A stretch of 63,963 nucleotides of DNA, filler included, from Platydemus manokwari (GCA_037951405.1; 5 parts of 5 records of this genome joined end to end with filler, not necessarily neighbours in it); one strand, 5' to 3'; numbered from the whole stretch's first letter, positions 25,629-39,768 are shown. Numbers and translations: made by a program. The notes: a model not told the origin generated them from the sequence alone.

Positions 25629-26600
25629 CATACAAATCAACGCTATAATAAGAAACCAGCAGAAGAAACAGTTATTAGAGAGTTTGCCGAAACAAACACA
25701 AGAAGCGCTCAATTTCAATATTCGGAAATTTGATGGCAGAAATTCAAACGAGGCCACAAAGTGGATGCAAGACACAGTGGAATGGATATTAATAAATAGT
25801 CTTAACCTGATTAGCGCATTCGGCTTACGGCTTTCGGACGAGGCAGGCATTTTGTGAAAAAACTTTAAATCGAAAGATACCACAGAAGAATCGGCTAAAA
25901 CGTGGTTTGAAGATACATTTACAATAAAAAAAATCGATAATGGATATGATTGTGGAACTTCCAAATGTTCAACAACCTGAGGCCGAACAATTTGCCACTT
26001 TTGAGATCAGAGTACACCGATTAGTCGAGGCTGTGATGAATTCCGGATTGAAATAAGATTATATCGTGAAAGATATTATCATCAAGAGAACACGATCAAA
26101 TGGATTAAAAGACGCTCTTGCCCCGAAACCAGACATGGATATCATAGAAGTTAGAAGTGCTGCAAAGGTGTTCGAGAATCGAGAACAAAAGGTACAACGA
26201 GATTCTTAAGCAGTCAATACAATTCGTAGAGACAGCTATGCCCAAGCGCTAAAAATCAGACGAAGCAACCCATGGAATAACCAGTACAAAAAGCAAAGCA
26301 ACGAGTCCAGTAATTATAAGCCACCCCATGCTATCAGAACACGGAATACCGAGCCAATAGTTTCAAAACAAAAGTTTACTTTAAACAGGGAGAGATCAGT
26401 GTATTCGATGAAATACACGGCCAAGAAACTTTACAATAAGTGTCGAGGCATGCCAGCCCCAAAAGAAGGATAATTGCGTGAAGACAATTGGTTCTGCTGT
26501 GGAGAAAGCGGACACTATAGAAGCCAGTGCCTCCTAAGGCACAACTGTTTAATATGCGGACAAGAAGGCCATCATTTCAGATCATGCCATCTAATTTGAG
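25629..26600 (+). pseudogene. gag: gag remnant with two CCHC zinc knuckles
   Basis: (W)FCCGESGHYRSQC and CLICGQEGHHFRSC at about 26488-26587; in-frame stops and frameshifts upstream. Confidence 0.85.
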
Positions 26601-26796
26601 GTACCAGACACACAGTAGAAGGTAGAATTTTATGTATTAAAGACGAAATCAAGGAGCAATTTGATCCAATTGAAGACCCAGTAATGCACGAGATAGAAGA
26701 TCAAAAAAACCACAACAACTACGTCGCATACATTTCGTCGATGGGGTTGAATCAGTAGATAGCAAGAAAATTCGAAATGGAACCAGACGTGATTAG

Positions 26797-27745
26797 ATGT
26801 TTAAGAAGGACGCTAGGGTGTGGAGTAAAGTGTTGATTAACGGAGCTGAAGTAGAGATGTTGTGGGATTCGGGGGCGTCTATCACAGTAATGAGCGAGAA
26901 CTTTTGGAAGAAGATGGGAAGCCCAAAATTGCAGGATAGTTTGATTACACTTAGTGAAGTATTTTCAACAGGTGCCGATTGCTCTCTGGGTTATTCAGAT
27001 GTCATTGCCGAGTAGAAAGGAAATAAAAGAAAAATTAGGGTTGTGATAGCAAAAAGAATTTTTCCCGATTTTATTGGAGGTGTTGACACGATGAATGCAT
27101 TCGGGATTCAGCTGAAAAGAGTGGCCACAATCGATTCATCACAATGTAACGACAAATATACAGACGAGGAAATATCGAAACACGCAATGGAAACGATAAA
27201 AACTGGGAACACGGGCAGAATTGGAAGATTCATCAAAAAATACGGAAATATATTCATGGCTTCAAAATTGGATCTAGGCAGAACCAACTTAGTTGTTCAC
27301 GATATTATGATTACCGGAAATCCTATTTCGCAGATTCCCAGAAGACAGCCCATGCACCTAGAAGCAAAAATTGTAGACGTGATAAAAAACTTGCTCGAAA
27401 TGGGAGTCATAAGACCAATGAAGAGTGCTTGGAATTCACCACTGGTCATCGTAGGAATAAAGGACGGATCGATCCGGATGTGTGTGGATTATCGAAGACT
27501 CAATGGAGTGACCGAAAAATTTAGTTTCCACATGCCTGATATTCACCAACTTCTAGGCTGTTTGGCGGATGCTAAATATTTCTCCTCGATCGTCCAAGAT
27601 CCCAAGATTGCACAGCTTTTAGCACAAGAACCGGTCAATATTGTTTCAACAGACTCCCGTTTGGACTCTCCACAGCACCAGCAACCTTTCAAAAACTAAT
27701 GCACAAACTTTTGGATGGTTTGATCTTTAAGGGCGTTGTGGTATA
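26797..27745 (+). pseudogene. pol: pol remnant (aspartic protease plus N-terminal reverse transcriptase)
   Basis: MLWDSGASITVM; PRRQP; MCVDYRRLNGVT; MPDIHQLL; AKYFSSI; FGLSTAPATFQKLM in a shifted frame; ends at VVVY, just before the expected YxDD, at the gap. Confidence 0.92.
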
Positions 27746-27845
27746 NNNNNNNNNNNNNNNNNNNNNNNNNNNNNNNNNNNNNNNNNNNNTTAATTAATTA
27801 ANNNNNNNNNNNNNNNNNNNNNNNNNNNNNNNNNNNNNNNNNNNN
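27746..27845. other. Artificial contig-join spacer
   Basis: 44 N + TTAATTAATTAA + 44 N. Confidence 0.97.
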
Positions 27846-28060
27846 ATCTTATTTCGCTAAAAGATTTTATACTGTTTGATAAATGGAATGATTTATCTGG
27901 AAAATACTCGAAATCACCAATATATTAAAAACTTGAAACTTAATCGATATCTAATAAATTAATCAATAAATAAAACTATAAATCAATAACATATAATTGA
28001 TAACCAAAAAATCAATAAATCATTATTATTTTAATATTAAACAAAATAAACATCACTAAC

Positions 28061-31000
28061 CACAACACTAGTAGATAAACAATATCTGGCCAGCAATGTT
28101 TCGTCGGTACTAGCTTGGTTGAAAGCATTATTCAAAGAATTGTTAGTAAATACATAGAAAGACGATTTTCGAACCCTTTGCGATTGAAATCTGCTATTTT
28201 TAAATGGCAGTGATTGCAGATATGGTCTGTGAGTGTTGTACTTGATGACTGTCTAAATATATTTAGTTGTATCCGTTCTTGGTTTACTCCCCTTTTTAAA
28301 TTTACGTTCGTCGTTTTAGAAAATCATGCAACTCAAAACCTACTTTTCTCAGTTCTTTCAGCCATAGATTGATAATGTGTTGAATTCTGGACTCTGTCCA
28401 ATCCAGATCGTTGATTTTCAATGTTTGTAGCACATCTCCGGGACTACGTAACAGGAGTAATGTCTGAAGACTTTTGCTGTCTTTGCCGAGGAAAATGGAT
28501 GATGGGTATTTGTAAAGATTTTCAGAAATTTGATAGCAACCTTCGCTGATGATAGATTCGAAGCCCACGTTCTAAATAACCGAAGAATATCGTATAGAAA
28601 TCTTAGCGTTTAAATCTTTGGATATCACAGAGACTTAGATATAACTTAATATAAATAGAGAACTAGATTTCAAATATTTATTTGGTATTATTAAGGCTTG
28701 GAAACACCCTATGATATCAGTACTGTGCCTACAAATGCAATAAATACAGTTAAGAGTCTCGGTGTTGAATGTGTAAGGTTGGTTAGAGAGAATGGGCAAA
28801 TGAAAGATAAAATCCACGCGAGGAATTACACAGCGTTTTCTCAAACAAGCACTAATTGCGTTTGGGAAAATTGTGAGAAATCTTGTTTTGAAATGAAAAG
28901 GATATTGGCAAAGGAATAATTGTGCTTACAAGCATCTTCCAAGGTTATATTAGAGATATCTCAGCGAAATTAAAACATACAATAAGCCAGAAACAGGTTA
29001 TTACTTCACTTATCATGATAGAACCAAAATTGCAATAGAATAATTAATACAAAAGATTATTCCACCAGATGCCTCTATTTTCTAGTTTTAATAGTTCCAA
29101 GAATATGCTTCTATCTGAATGTGGGTAGATTTCCCAATACTGATTATTCAAGCCTCTTTGTTGGATTGATATGAGGGAACATAAGATTTTTCAAATAAGT
29201 GCACCAAAACAACATCCAGTTCGAAGACGATGGAATTCTGTTTCAGAAGACTGCCTTTCTGGTTGTGCACAGCAACATCAACATTTTAGGGTTTGATGAA
29301 TTCATTCTTCAATGACCTGTATTATTTATGTATGTTGGTGTACATTGATGGTATATTTTAGCTTTCGAAATAACAAAAGTATAGCATAAATCGATTTATT
29401 CCAGGGATTTCAAATTTATCTTTTGCTTTTTCCCAAAATGATTCCTGGTTCATTATAGGAATAGTTTATGAATATCTGTCTCGATATTGAGGAAGAATTT
29501 TGAAAAATTTAGAAAAAGAAGTGCTTGGGAATAAAGTAGTAATGTAAAATGATGACAAGAAGCAAATAATTGTGTTAGCGATGAATTTTTTCACAGAATT
29601 TTACTACTCAATAATATCGATGGGATATTGCTGGATTTGTCTAAAATATTCTTTTACTTAATAGATATGATCATTGATATCAAATATGAAGTACAGAAAT
29701 ATGTTCATTGAGAGAATCTGAAAGTTTACATCGCTAAAATTGATGAAGTGTAAAGAGATCCGAAAATTTGAACTCATGACTGGTTTTGGCGAATCCAAGT
29801 TAAAATTAAAGTAAATACTGGTTTTGGTACCTTGTTCATGACAAATTGAATCCATCACCTTTGATGTCATAATGGTTCAGTGAACCGAAATTGAAAGTTA
29901 ACAGAAAGTGGAAAAGTTACTTGAGAATAAACTGATGAAAAAGTCAAATATTTAGGCAGCAAATTTTGTTGCCAAATCACCTTACCGATATTTGGCAAAC
30001 GGATTTGCTGAACAAATAATCATGACAGTGGGTTGAGTTCATCATTAATATCTCTTATTAAAGCTCAGCCAAGTAGTTATCATTTGAAATTATATGTGGG
30101 AAGCGTACTGATTGGAACAGTTTAAAGTCAACACTGAATCATCAATATCACAGAAACTCGGTGCATTTTCACAAATTTGATGTACATTTGAGAGACGACA
30201 AATTTTCAAAGTAAAGAAGTTTTATTGAGAAAGAAACTGCATAAGGTCGCACAATAATGACGGTGACAGACATGAAAGTTGATGTTAGATAATTAAATTT
30301 ATCACTTCCCACAAATTCTGATAGACTTCTCCATGAGACTAATCGAATCGCTACAGAAGACTTCCAAAATCAGAAGTAGTTGAACAAACTGTGTAACTCT
30401 ATGATTATTTAAGAGATCATTGCTGGACATTCGGCAGAATTATTTTGATAAATATAATGCAATAATAGGTTTAATATTAATAATAATTATTATTAACCGA
30501 ATATCGCGTGATAACTTATAAATTAAAAATATCGATTTTAATAGAAAAGTTAAAAAAAATAAAATAATCTTTCATATATTATCCTGGAACTTGTCAATGA
30601 AATCCTTTTTCAATATAAACGATCGCAACTTAATCCATGGTTTCTCATAGAAAAAAAAATTAAAATTTCCTCAGTGAGGTGAGAAACAACCTAAAGATTC
30701 GAAGCATTTAGACAAAAATTCCAAAATCTATAACAAAAACAAAATTGTTGGTATTTATGCTGCAAGTTATTCTATTGAATTTTGGTATTGAAAAATCCTA
30801 TTTTAATCGATATATCTGTACAGAAAACCAGATTAAACCCTTTCAATCAAAATATTATTTTAACAATTTGAGCTACTTTATCAACGATTCGCCGAACGAT
30901 GTCGACTCGATAAACACAGAATCATTGTGTGAAGTATCGAACCGAATTAGTTGATGTAGTGATAAATCAAATGGTGATGTCAACACAGGTGTGTGCATGT

Positions 31001-34000
31001 GTGTGTGTGTGTGTGGATGTGCATGTGCATGTGAATGTTTGCTATCTGGTGGTAGTGCATGTCAGGTTTATCGCATCATGATTTTATATAACATTATATT
31101 TTATTCCATACTACAACACATTATTGTCAATTATAGACAGTTCATAGGGCGGCTCTTATTTAGCGGTAGTTTACGTTCGGGTTCCAAGGTGTCAAATCAC
31201 ACTATAACCTTGATTGAATGTGATTATATTGGAACATCAGTTCATTTAGAAATGATGACTTTATCGAAACAGAATTATGATGGGATAAAAAATATTTATT
31301 TTGCAATGGCCTATTTCCAAACTTAACCAGATAAAATCAATATTGGCTTATTTAAGATAATATTTTCAATTTTTATTGAAATTGATAAAAAGAAACCCAC
31401 TGGAAAAATATTCGATATAATAACGTTACAAAACAAAATATGATGGTGAAAAATTTATCATATTATATCGGATATAAAAATATATTAAGCTGCTATATAT
31501 GGAGGATTGTGAAACAGGAGAATTATAAATGGGTTATCAATGTATATGTTCATGCACAAGTTATCGATTATTAAAACGTAGTTGTGGTAAAGCATTTGTG
31601 AGATGAATTTGTTGATAAAAACTCATCGACATTGCAATATCGATTTCATAAATTGTATCTTCGGTAAATGTGGTTTTCAAACATGAACGTATGAAGATAT
31701 TATTTAGCTATTTTTCAACGCACCTGTCAGTGACAAAGACAGAATATTACTTCATTTAATAGCCACTGGTCACCCAGATAGTGATATTGAATCGAATATA
31801 ATTTTAACAAGAATTAATTATTAAAGCTCTCCATATATATATATATATAATCGATAAACATCATCAATAAATCAAAATCTTTATCAAACATTTTTATGAC
31901 ATTTTCAGATAGATGGTTTGATTGTCCATAATCATTTCTTACTATGATATCTTATCTTTCCATTATGGAGTTAAAATTGTACCAATTATATATTATTATA
32001 TAAACCAAAATGGAGATAAAATACAAATTAATCGACGTTTTCAAGACTAACCAAAGATATTAAAATGATCGGTGATGAAGTTATTTATTTTTTGAGATTG
32101 AAGCGTAATCTATGATTTAACATTTCTCGCGAAACATCACAAATATTTCTTGGATTGAATTACTAGAAAAGTGTTCTCTAAATCACCTGAAAACTGGTTT
32201 CAATGCTGCAATAGAGTTTAAAACAAAAATGGGTTTGTTCTGAATGCTTTCATCATAATGATTAAAATATAATATTTCCGTTAAATGTTGATATTGGATG
32301 GAATGATGAAATGTTTTAAAATTTGTTTTTCATGGACAGTAACGCTCTGGCAATTTTGACAAAAACCATTCGACCGACAACTCAGGAATAGAATTATAAA
32401 TCTTGAAGTTTGCGAGAGATTGTTAAACTTTATAACATAGAATAAACAACAAACGTTGAAAACCGACAAGAAGAAAAGCAAATAAACGAAATCAGGTATG
32501 TTAAAGATAATGATATCAATATATTCGAACTGATAAATCAATAGGCTGAATTATCAAGTGAAAAGTATATTGTGTTGTAACAATTTGACTACCCAATAAA
32601 AGACAATGTTCCACTCATTAAACTTTATCCTATTATTTACCAAACATATCTTATTAGCTTCTAATATTTCATTCAATAAGAATTTAAAAAGATTTAAGAA
32701 ATTCAACCCATAAAAATTCTATTTAACCAAATCTTCAAACAAATTATTTAAATTTATTTTATTTAAAACCTAAAACATCATCAAAATCAACAATGACATG
32801 TCAGTGCTTGAATATCCTGTAAGGCCTGTGACATGATGGAATACAGAAAAATTGAAAGACTATCTACATCAATGATCAAGTGTTGACCATTCAGTTGCAA
32901 TTAATTTGTAAAATTTAAAATTCTAAACCCTTGTAGTTATTGATTGATTTTTTATTTCCACAACCCATTGAAAGGAGTTTAAACAGATCATATGAACGAG
33001 AAATAAGACCAGAAAATGAATAATCTGAGAATAGTAAAAAGTTATATTTGATATATAAATATAGAATTTGCACAAATATAGGCACAAAAAAGGCTTGGCT
33101 GTAGAACACAGAGAAAATCAAAATTGTTTTCTAACAACACGAATATTATCCAATAAAGAAATTACCGAAATTGTCAGTTTCAAATCGAATTGATTTTAAC
33201 TCATAATCAATATCAGCTTGGAAATTTCAATGAAACCAACATGATATCGATTTATATTTATTTTCTATCCACCATACATCTATTACATTGATTTTTAACA
33301 TATAATTTCATGTTATAATAATATTATAATAATCAATAATTCCTAAAATTCATATCAACCGTAAATCGTCCTCTACATTGTTATATTAAACTGAAAAATA
33401 AAAACCTTTGGTTTTTTGTTTGGACAAAATGGATCAGTGACATCAATACACGGTTTGGAAAGAAATCCCGAACTAATGCCAGCTTCTTTAAATAGATCCA
33501 AAAAGAACTCGTAAGGCCACGAATCTTTAAACGAATGCAGCACATCTCTTCGAACATTAAATGACTTCCAATCGATTCTCACGCCTCTAAATTGATATCG
33601 ATTATACTATTAACAAATCAAAGCCATTCGAAAATCGTATTTTGAAACCAAAAATATCAGATAAAAATCTTACTCTTGATTTGAAATGCTAATTTTCGAT
33701 CCTTCCCAGAAACAATTTAATGGCGTAATGATTTTGCAAGGCAAAAATCCTTCGATAGAAGCCTGAATGAAACTGTTATAAATTCACATGACCATTTCCC
33801 ATCATGAAATCAATCAAACAAAAAATTCGAAATAGAAATATTAGAAATAAAATAATCAAATCATCTTATCAGTCTAACCCGAGTATCAGGATCGATATAA
33901 TGCATCTTTGGTAAATGAATTTTCTGACAGAAATGAGCAAATGTAAATATTCTATAACGATAACCAATTGAGAACTAATCATTTCTTATTATATATTAAA

Positions 34001-37000
34001 ATCAACCACCTTCCATCATATCGTAATGTTAAATTGATAATAAGCTGCATGAGTTGGAGATGTTCCAATAAATATTCCGTTGACAATAAATGATCACCCT
34101 TTGATATTTGGAGAATTGTTTCAATGGAACCCAGATCTAATTGGTTGCCAGCTGTGCGTGAGATATATGATGTTTCGTTATACAATCTGGATGAGTCTGA
34201 ATAAAGATAGACTCAAATTGAACAATATAGTCTAATTAATTAATTAATTAAAAATAATTATTATAATGACAATGACAGTAACAGAAAATTATCGGATTTC
34301 CAATCAAATTTATTAGCTATGAAATCACAATGAAGGAATTCGAATTTCAAAACAATCGATCACTGGTATCACCGTACATGGACCCCGGTTAAAGAAGCAA
34401 GGCTGACACTTATTTGTTTTATTGTTCATTGAAAATATGTGTCGTAAACCACAAGTGCAATGCTGAAACTACTGTGCCTGTATGCAGCATTCATATGGAT
34501 GCCGCTACACACATACACACGCGCGTTTGTATGTGTATTCGTGTACATGTGCCAAGATGACCTGCTCCATTGTGCCACCCACTCAGATTCCGAATGTATG
34601 ATGTTAACATAGTGGTTGTATGTTATCATTACAGGTATCATTTGTTGTTGTTGTCAACTGACTGTGGTAGGTCGTTTACAAACTGGTCCTAGCAACTACC
34701 TCAACTATCACAAGGCTGGATGAGTAGAGACGTTATCTATGGAGAGGGTTTTGGCAGCTTTCATTCACAGTTTTGCACATGATGCGTTATTATGATTATT
34801 ATCATTGTCTAGGGATATAAAGGGTCTTTGAATCAATAATAATGATCCAGATGCCATATCATAATCTTATTATAATGATTAATTTAATTATTTTAATTAT
34901 AATAATCACATCATAATGCTGACCATCATTATAAAATAATAATAAAAATAGAATAATTATGATAAAAGAAGAGAAAAATCATTATGAATCAGCGTCTGTA
35001 TGGCATGACACATTCCAAAATTGTCTACAGATGACAAATGATTATTTAACCCCATCATTGTGCAACCTTTAGACTGTTATTATTATTATTTAACGGATAG
35101 GGGCATTTTAGTCATCTAACAAACCAATCCCACTAATGATCATCAGAATTTCGGTGAAACTCTATGAAAAAGAATTCCGAGACAATCTTATTTTGCGAGG
35201 TTATGATCGCAGATCGACCCTCAATACGCCAGTAGACCTACCGCAATATGCAATTCGATACATACGATGCAAATACGTGTGGCATATATTGGTAGAGATA
35301 GAGAGAGAGAGAAATTTAATCGAATATTTACATATCTTTATAATAAATCGAAAAATAGAGAGCTATTTTGTTGAAATCGTTTCTTTCGCATGTCTGTTGT
35401 TAGGGTTGATGAATCATGAATTGTCTCGTCACAAAAATTCTAGCAGCGACTTATCATATTTCAAAATATGATTAGTTGTTCGTCCCTCACCTGTCTCGCT
35501 CGAACATTTCGATCGGGCACCACTGCACATAGTTATGTTACCCAGTATAATGTCACTCTAAAACGTCATTATACTCGCATTATTAGTTTGCTCTTAATCG
35601 CACTGATGATAATTGGGATTATTTGCAATTGATACAAGTGAAAATAATATATTTGAGAATTATATTGAAAATTATCTATTGTTTGTCGTTAGACCATAAT
35701 GAATTTCTTGTAAAAAAGTAATTATCCAATCTTTTTTATCGAGGAGAACGTTACTACCCTGGATAATAACTTGACGATAAGATACTTGCTATTTCTTTCG
35801 TATCATACTCCCAGTCGAGAGATCCCATTTGAATCGATCTATTCAAACAAGTTGGAAGGGTTATGTAAATTAAGAAATTCGATTCCAGGCGAAGAATACA
35901 AATTTATCCTAGACAATTATCTTGGTGAAACTACTAATGCAAGTTGATAGCTATTTGTCTTTCGAATAAACTGAAAGACTAGAAAATAAATAACGTATAT
36001 TTTCTGAGTACGTCTTGATCGGTTATATTGTACATGAAATAGGTTTGATGATTATCATATTAATTGTGACTTCTCTGTCGCACAAAATATTCGAACAAAA
36101 ATCAATACAAAATGAGAGATTCGCAAATCTAATGATGAAAACCAGAGAAAAAGTTATGGAAAAATAATCGAGAGAAAAGAAGGTTATGTGAAATTGCATC
36201 AATTCTGCATATGTCACGAACAGCGGTGATGAAGAGAAAAATGTGTACTATTAGATGATTTCACATTAATTGGGATTTCTGATAATTTTATCAACCAATC
36301 ACCATCAATGGTGATACAATCTTTTTTATGGATTCTCTCCTAGTTTATACTGATTGATTGAAATATAATTTTTTATACTTTTCATTTTCGCTCCTATACA
36401 GGAGACAACAACCCCATCGATGGGGGTTTGTAAATGATAGATATTGATAAAAGTGGTCGATTCGATGCATTCAATATTTCATCACCATCACAATATAGTT
36501 GACAAAACATCAGATAAAAACCAACCAAAAAAAAATATCTATATTTATATGTATAATCGGGTTGTTCATAAATGGGAGCGAATATTATCTGAAAACTGTT
36601 CCACTATATCGATTGCCTCACTCAAATCGTAAACAATGTTAGCCATCACGGTGCCGCCAATGATGATATCGATGGTTTTTTCTCTAATGGTATTTCAGTG
36701 AATATTTACTAACAAATGCGTATGCTGAATGTGTAACTGGATTACATTATTCGATGCCAAGAATAATTAAATGTTTGAGTTGGCAGCGAATATATTTATT
36801 TATACTGTCATGTATTACGAGATGATATCTTTCAAGAATTATGTTGACAGAATTCATTGATTGCATTGAATCGACCGAAGGTGACAAATGTCGATATTAA
36901 TTATTTGATGGAAAAATTATTTGACGATTTCGATGGGGCACTGGACAGAGAGAGAGAGAGGAATGAATAATATTGTCAATTGTGATAATGAATTAAGACG

Positions 37001-38264
37001 GATATTAGCATTGAAATGATAATTATGTATAAGTAATTGAGGCTACAAAATTTATCATTCGTGACACTGTATTCCGGTGCTCTTTACACCATGTACCGAC
37101 AGGAATTGTGCTCACTCACCCATATCAATGATAATTTTATACCACTGTATGGCTATTTTCATTAAATATATCGCATAGTCTCGAGTGATATCACAATATA
37201 TATATATGATCCATTATAGCATTGCATTCAATATGAAGAATAATAAACCGGTATTGTCAACAAACCGTGTATATTATTTAAAAAATCCTTCTCAATATTA
37301 TTTTATTAGCTCATAATATCAACCAATATCATATAATCAATAATAATATCGCGCGATACCAGCATTTTTGTAATAATCCTACCTAATATTGCTATATTGA
37401 CTACGATACTATGTTAAATTGATTTTTGTCCAATACTATCAAATATTAGCCGATTATTATTATCAATATATATACCAAAATAATAATAATATCTTTTAAT
37501 AATTTAGTTTATAAGCTAAGATACCAGATCGTACTACTTTAATATTTCCAAGATACCTGTTTAATCAAACACCGATTCTCAATAATATCGTATTTTCCTT
37601 TATCACAATACCTCAATACTTCAAGAAATACTTCAACACAATAAAATTAGATCCCAACAATAAATTGACTATTGGATAATTTAGAAACAACAATACCAAT
37701 AATACCAGGGTATTTTGCCCTGTATTATCATGATAGCTATATTGAACACAATACTCGATTCCCTCGATACCGAATTATACAATACCAACATGACAATACC
37801 ACTGACAAAAAATGTGACGAATTCGTAGTAATAAATATATTAAGATTAGTATTAGCAAGGATTAATAAGAAATAAATCTTATAAATTATAATCATGGTAT
37901 TGCTCTAAGTATCGATATCACTATGGTAACCCTGGTATTTTGGAGATCTTTAACATAAACTGATTTCGAGTTCCAACCAATATTTCGATCCCAATCATCT
38001 TCAAACACTGACAAATTCTCGCTCATTTATTGGCCTAACATGCTGATTATCAATAAAATCAATCCACAACTCACTATAGATCCATAAATGCATCAAATCT
38101 TTCTCGAATTCCATTGATTTGAAACCAAGCCAGCACAGTCCAAGGAATCCAATGGCAACAAGTAAAATTTTCCAATGATGATATTTGACAATGTTCTGGT
38201 AGCCGCAATACTTTAATTTGACCCAGCTATTCAAATTTGTCTCGCACACCAACGATGGACAACC
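28061..38264 (-). CDS. ptc: Patched (Hedgehog receptor) homolog, N-terminal part (TM1, first extracellular loop, start of TM2); 3' part lies beyond the contig end
   Basis: Phase-consistent GT-AG exons: 38264-38075 (KILLVAIGFLGLCWLGFKSMEFEKDLMHLWIY), 34196-34010 (SSRLYNETSYISR...LLSTEYLLEHL), 33951-33879, 33762-33674 (FLPCKIITPLNCFWEGSKI, the Patched hallmark), 33586-33406 (AGISSGFLSKPCIDVTDPFCP), 28571-28344 (GCY...SLQTLLLL...WTESRIQHIINLW) and 28252-28061 (FYVFTNNSLNNAF). The true 5' exon(s), probably at 38.3-38.6 kb, were not resolved. Confidence 0.92.
30988..31045. repeat. (TG)n/(TGCA) dinucleotide-type repeat
   Basis: gtgtgtgcatgtgtgtgtgtgtgtggatgtgcatgtgcatgtg. Confidence 0.85.
37150..37945. 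repeat. Degenerate element rich in (C/A)AATACC / CGATAC motifs, probably a non-autonomous DNA transposon with subterminal repeats
   Basis: Many short aatacc/gatacc/aatact/ggtatt motifs in both orientations within a patched intron; ends not resolved. Confidence 0.4.
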
Positions 38265-39768
38265 CTGAAAAGGCAAGAATTAAAATCGCTACCGTTAAAC
38301 ATGCCACACCATAGCAACCAGTTAAGCGATTTGTCGAATAAAATGATTACATTACTTTCATATAAACTGAAACCATAACAAAGATTTTGCGGTCGTGTGC
38401 ACCATTTCAGAGTTGATAAAAACTGGATCAAGCACTTTTTACGAGCTCTTATATAAATTATAGAAAATTTGTTAACTAATAAAAATCGATTCAATCGTAA
38501 ATGAAATTCGATATTAACCAATAAAATTACGTAAAATCGTGCTTTTATATGAAGCGAATATCGAGATTGATTGATTTGATGCAGTAAAACAATTGCTTTT
38601 TTCTAAGTTTGTAGTTAAGTATAAATATTGAATTTATGATTTTCACCAATAAGGCGCTTATTGAATTTTAATAAATAAATATTGATTTTTTCATTAAGGC
38701 TAATGTTTTTAAATTCGAAACTAATAATCGGCACCAATTCGATATTTATGAAAGTGTTTTTATATTTTCTTAGTTTATGTATCTGTTATTTTGAAATGAA
38801 TTTTCAAGGCAGAAACATGAAAAATTTTAAAGCACTTGACAAATATTTCAACTCATGTACTGAAAATTGATTGGATCTTTGGTAAAGAAGTAGGCCATGA
38901 TTATGTACATGTCAGTTAATAAATATTGTAATCTTCTGTTTAGCTAGTCCTGATAATTCCACTCAACAATATATGGTCTCGCTATAAGTGTTAAAGGGGG
39001 AAATCTTTACTTGACTCATTAGTTTACCTTGACATTGACACTATACGAAACGAAGAACTCTTCACATCTTTTGGGAACTTGTATATAATGTTTAGTTTTG
39101 CTTAGGTCCAAACTTCAGAAGGTTTTCTATAAGCTGTTATAATTATCCCTGCCTCCAATGAGTGTGAAAATGGCGGAATCGATTTAAATATAAATACATA
39201 AAACGATAAATAAGAAAATATATAATTGTTCTTAAGTTCAAATGTAAGGTTACAATTCTGATTCAAATGACGTAAAATAATTAATTTAAACAATAACAAA
39301 TAACCAGCGGAATTTTACAATATGCAATTGATTAGATGCTATTGTTTTGTGGGGATTTTCTAAGTCCCATATGCGGAGAGTTGCAAGGTCCTGTGAAGTT
39401 ATTGCCGGCAACTACACAGAGAAGCTGTTAGTAAATGGATGGGATTCAAATTTAATTAAATAGTGGTTGGGCGGGGCCCAAGACACTGCTGAAAACAATC
39501 GAGACACTGGTGATCATATCGAAATGCATTACAATTTATTTTAAAAAATAGAAAGCAAATTTTACTTTAGGCACGTCGCTTGGAATAATATTATTTCCTT
39601 TTCCTTTTCTTTATCTCTAGTTTCTGTTTTTCTGGTAAGAGTTTATATACAAATATAATTCCCCGATCGATAATAGATCAATAACTCCACGTAAAGCTTT
39701 ACTCATAAGTCGGGACACTAATTTGCATATTGTGTTATATAAGAAATTTAATAATTAAATTATAAGGT

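Larger units (their letters stand above)
25508..27745 (+). mobile_element. Ty3/gypsy LTR retrotransposon, 5' part (LTR, PBS, gag, protease, RT), degenerate and cut by the contig end
   Basis: 110-bp LTR, then PBS TGGCGACCACG, gag (IRKFDG...W), two zinc knuckles, protease LWDSGAS, and RT motifs SAWNSPLVIV..KDGSIRMCVDYRRLN. Contains stops and frameshifts. Confidence 0.95.

Noticed and set aside
25605-25964. 119-aa minus-strand ORF
   Set aside because: Antisense to the gag remnant.
32050-33121. Additional patched exons (e.g. YDLFKLLSMGCG at about 32960-33000)
   Set aside because: The exon at 28571-28344 already supplies this part of the protein in the correct phase; these ORFs lack consistent splice context.
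34570-34582. Gli-like site (TGCCACCCA), with a similar one near 31768, in patched introns
   Set aside because: Only 7/9 matches to GACCACCCA; expected by chance without conservation or ChIP data.
34660-34705. let-7-like 5' end (UGAGGUAGUUGCUAGG...) on the minus strand within a patched intron, with a partly complementary CUACCACA downstream
   Set aside because: The fold-back spans only about 41 nt with about 8-11 pairs, too short for a Drosha/Dicer precursor. It would need small-RNA reads to be revived.
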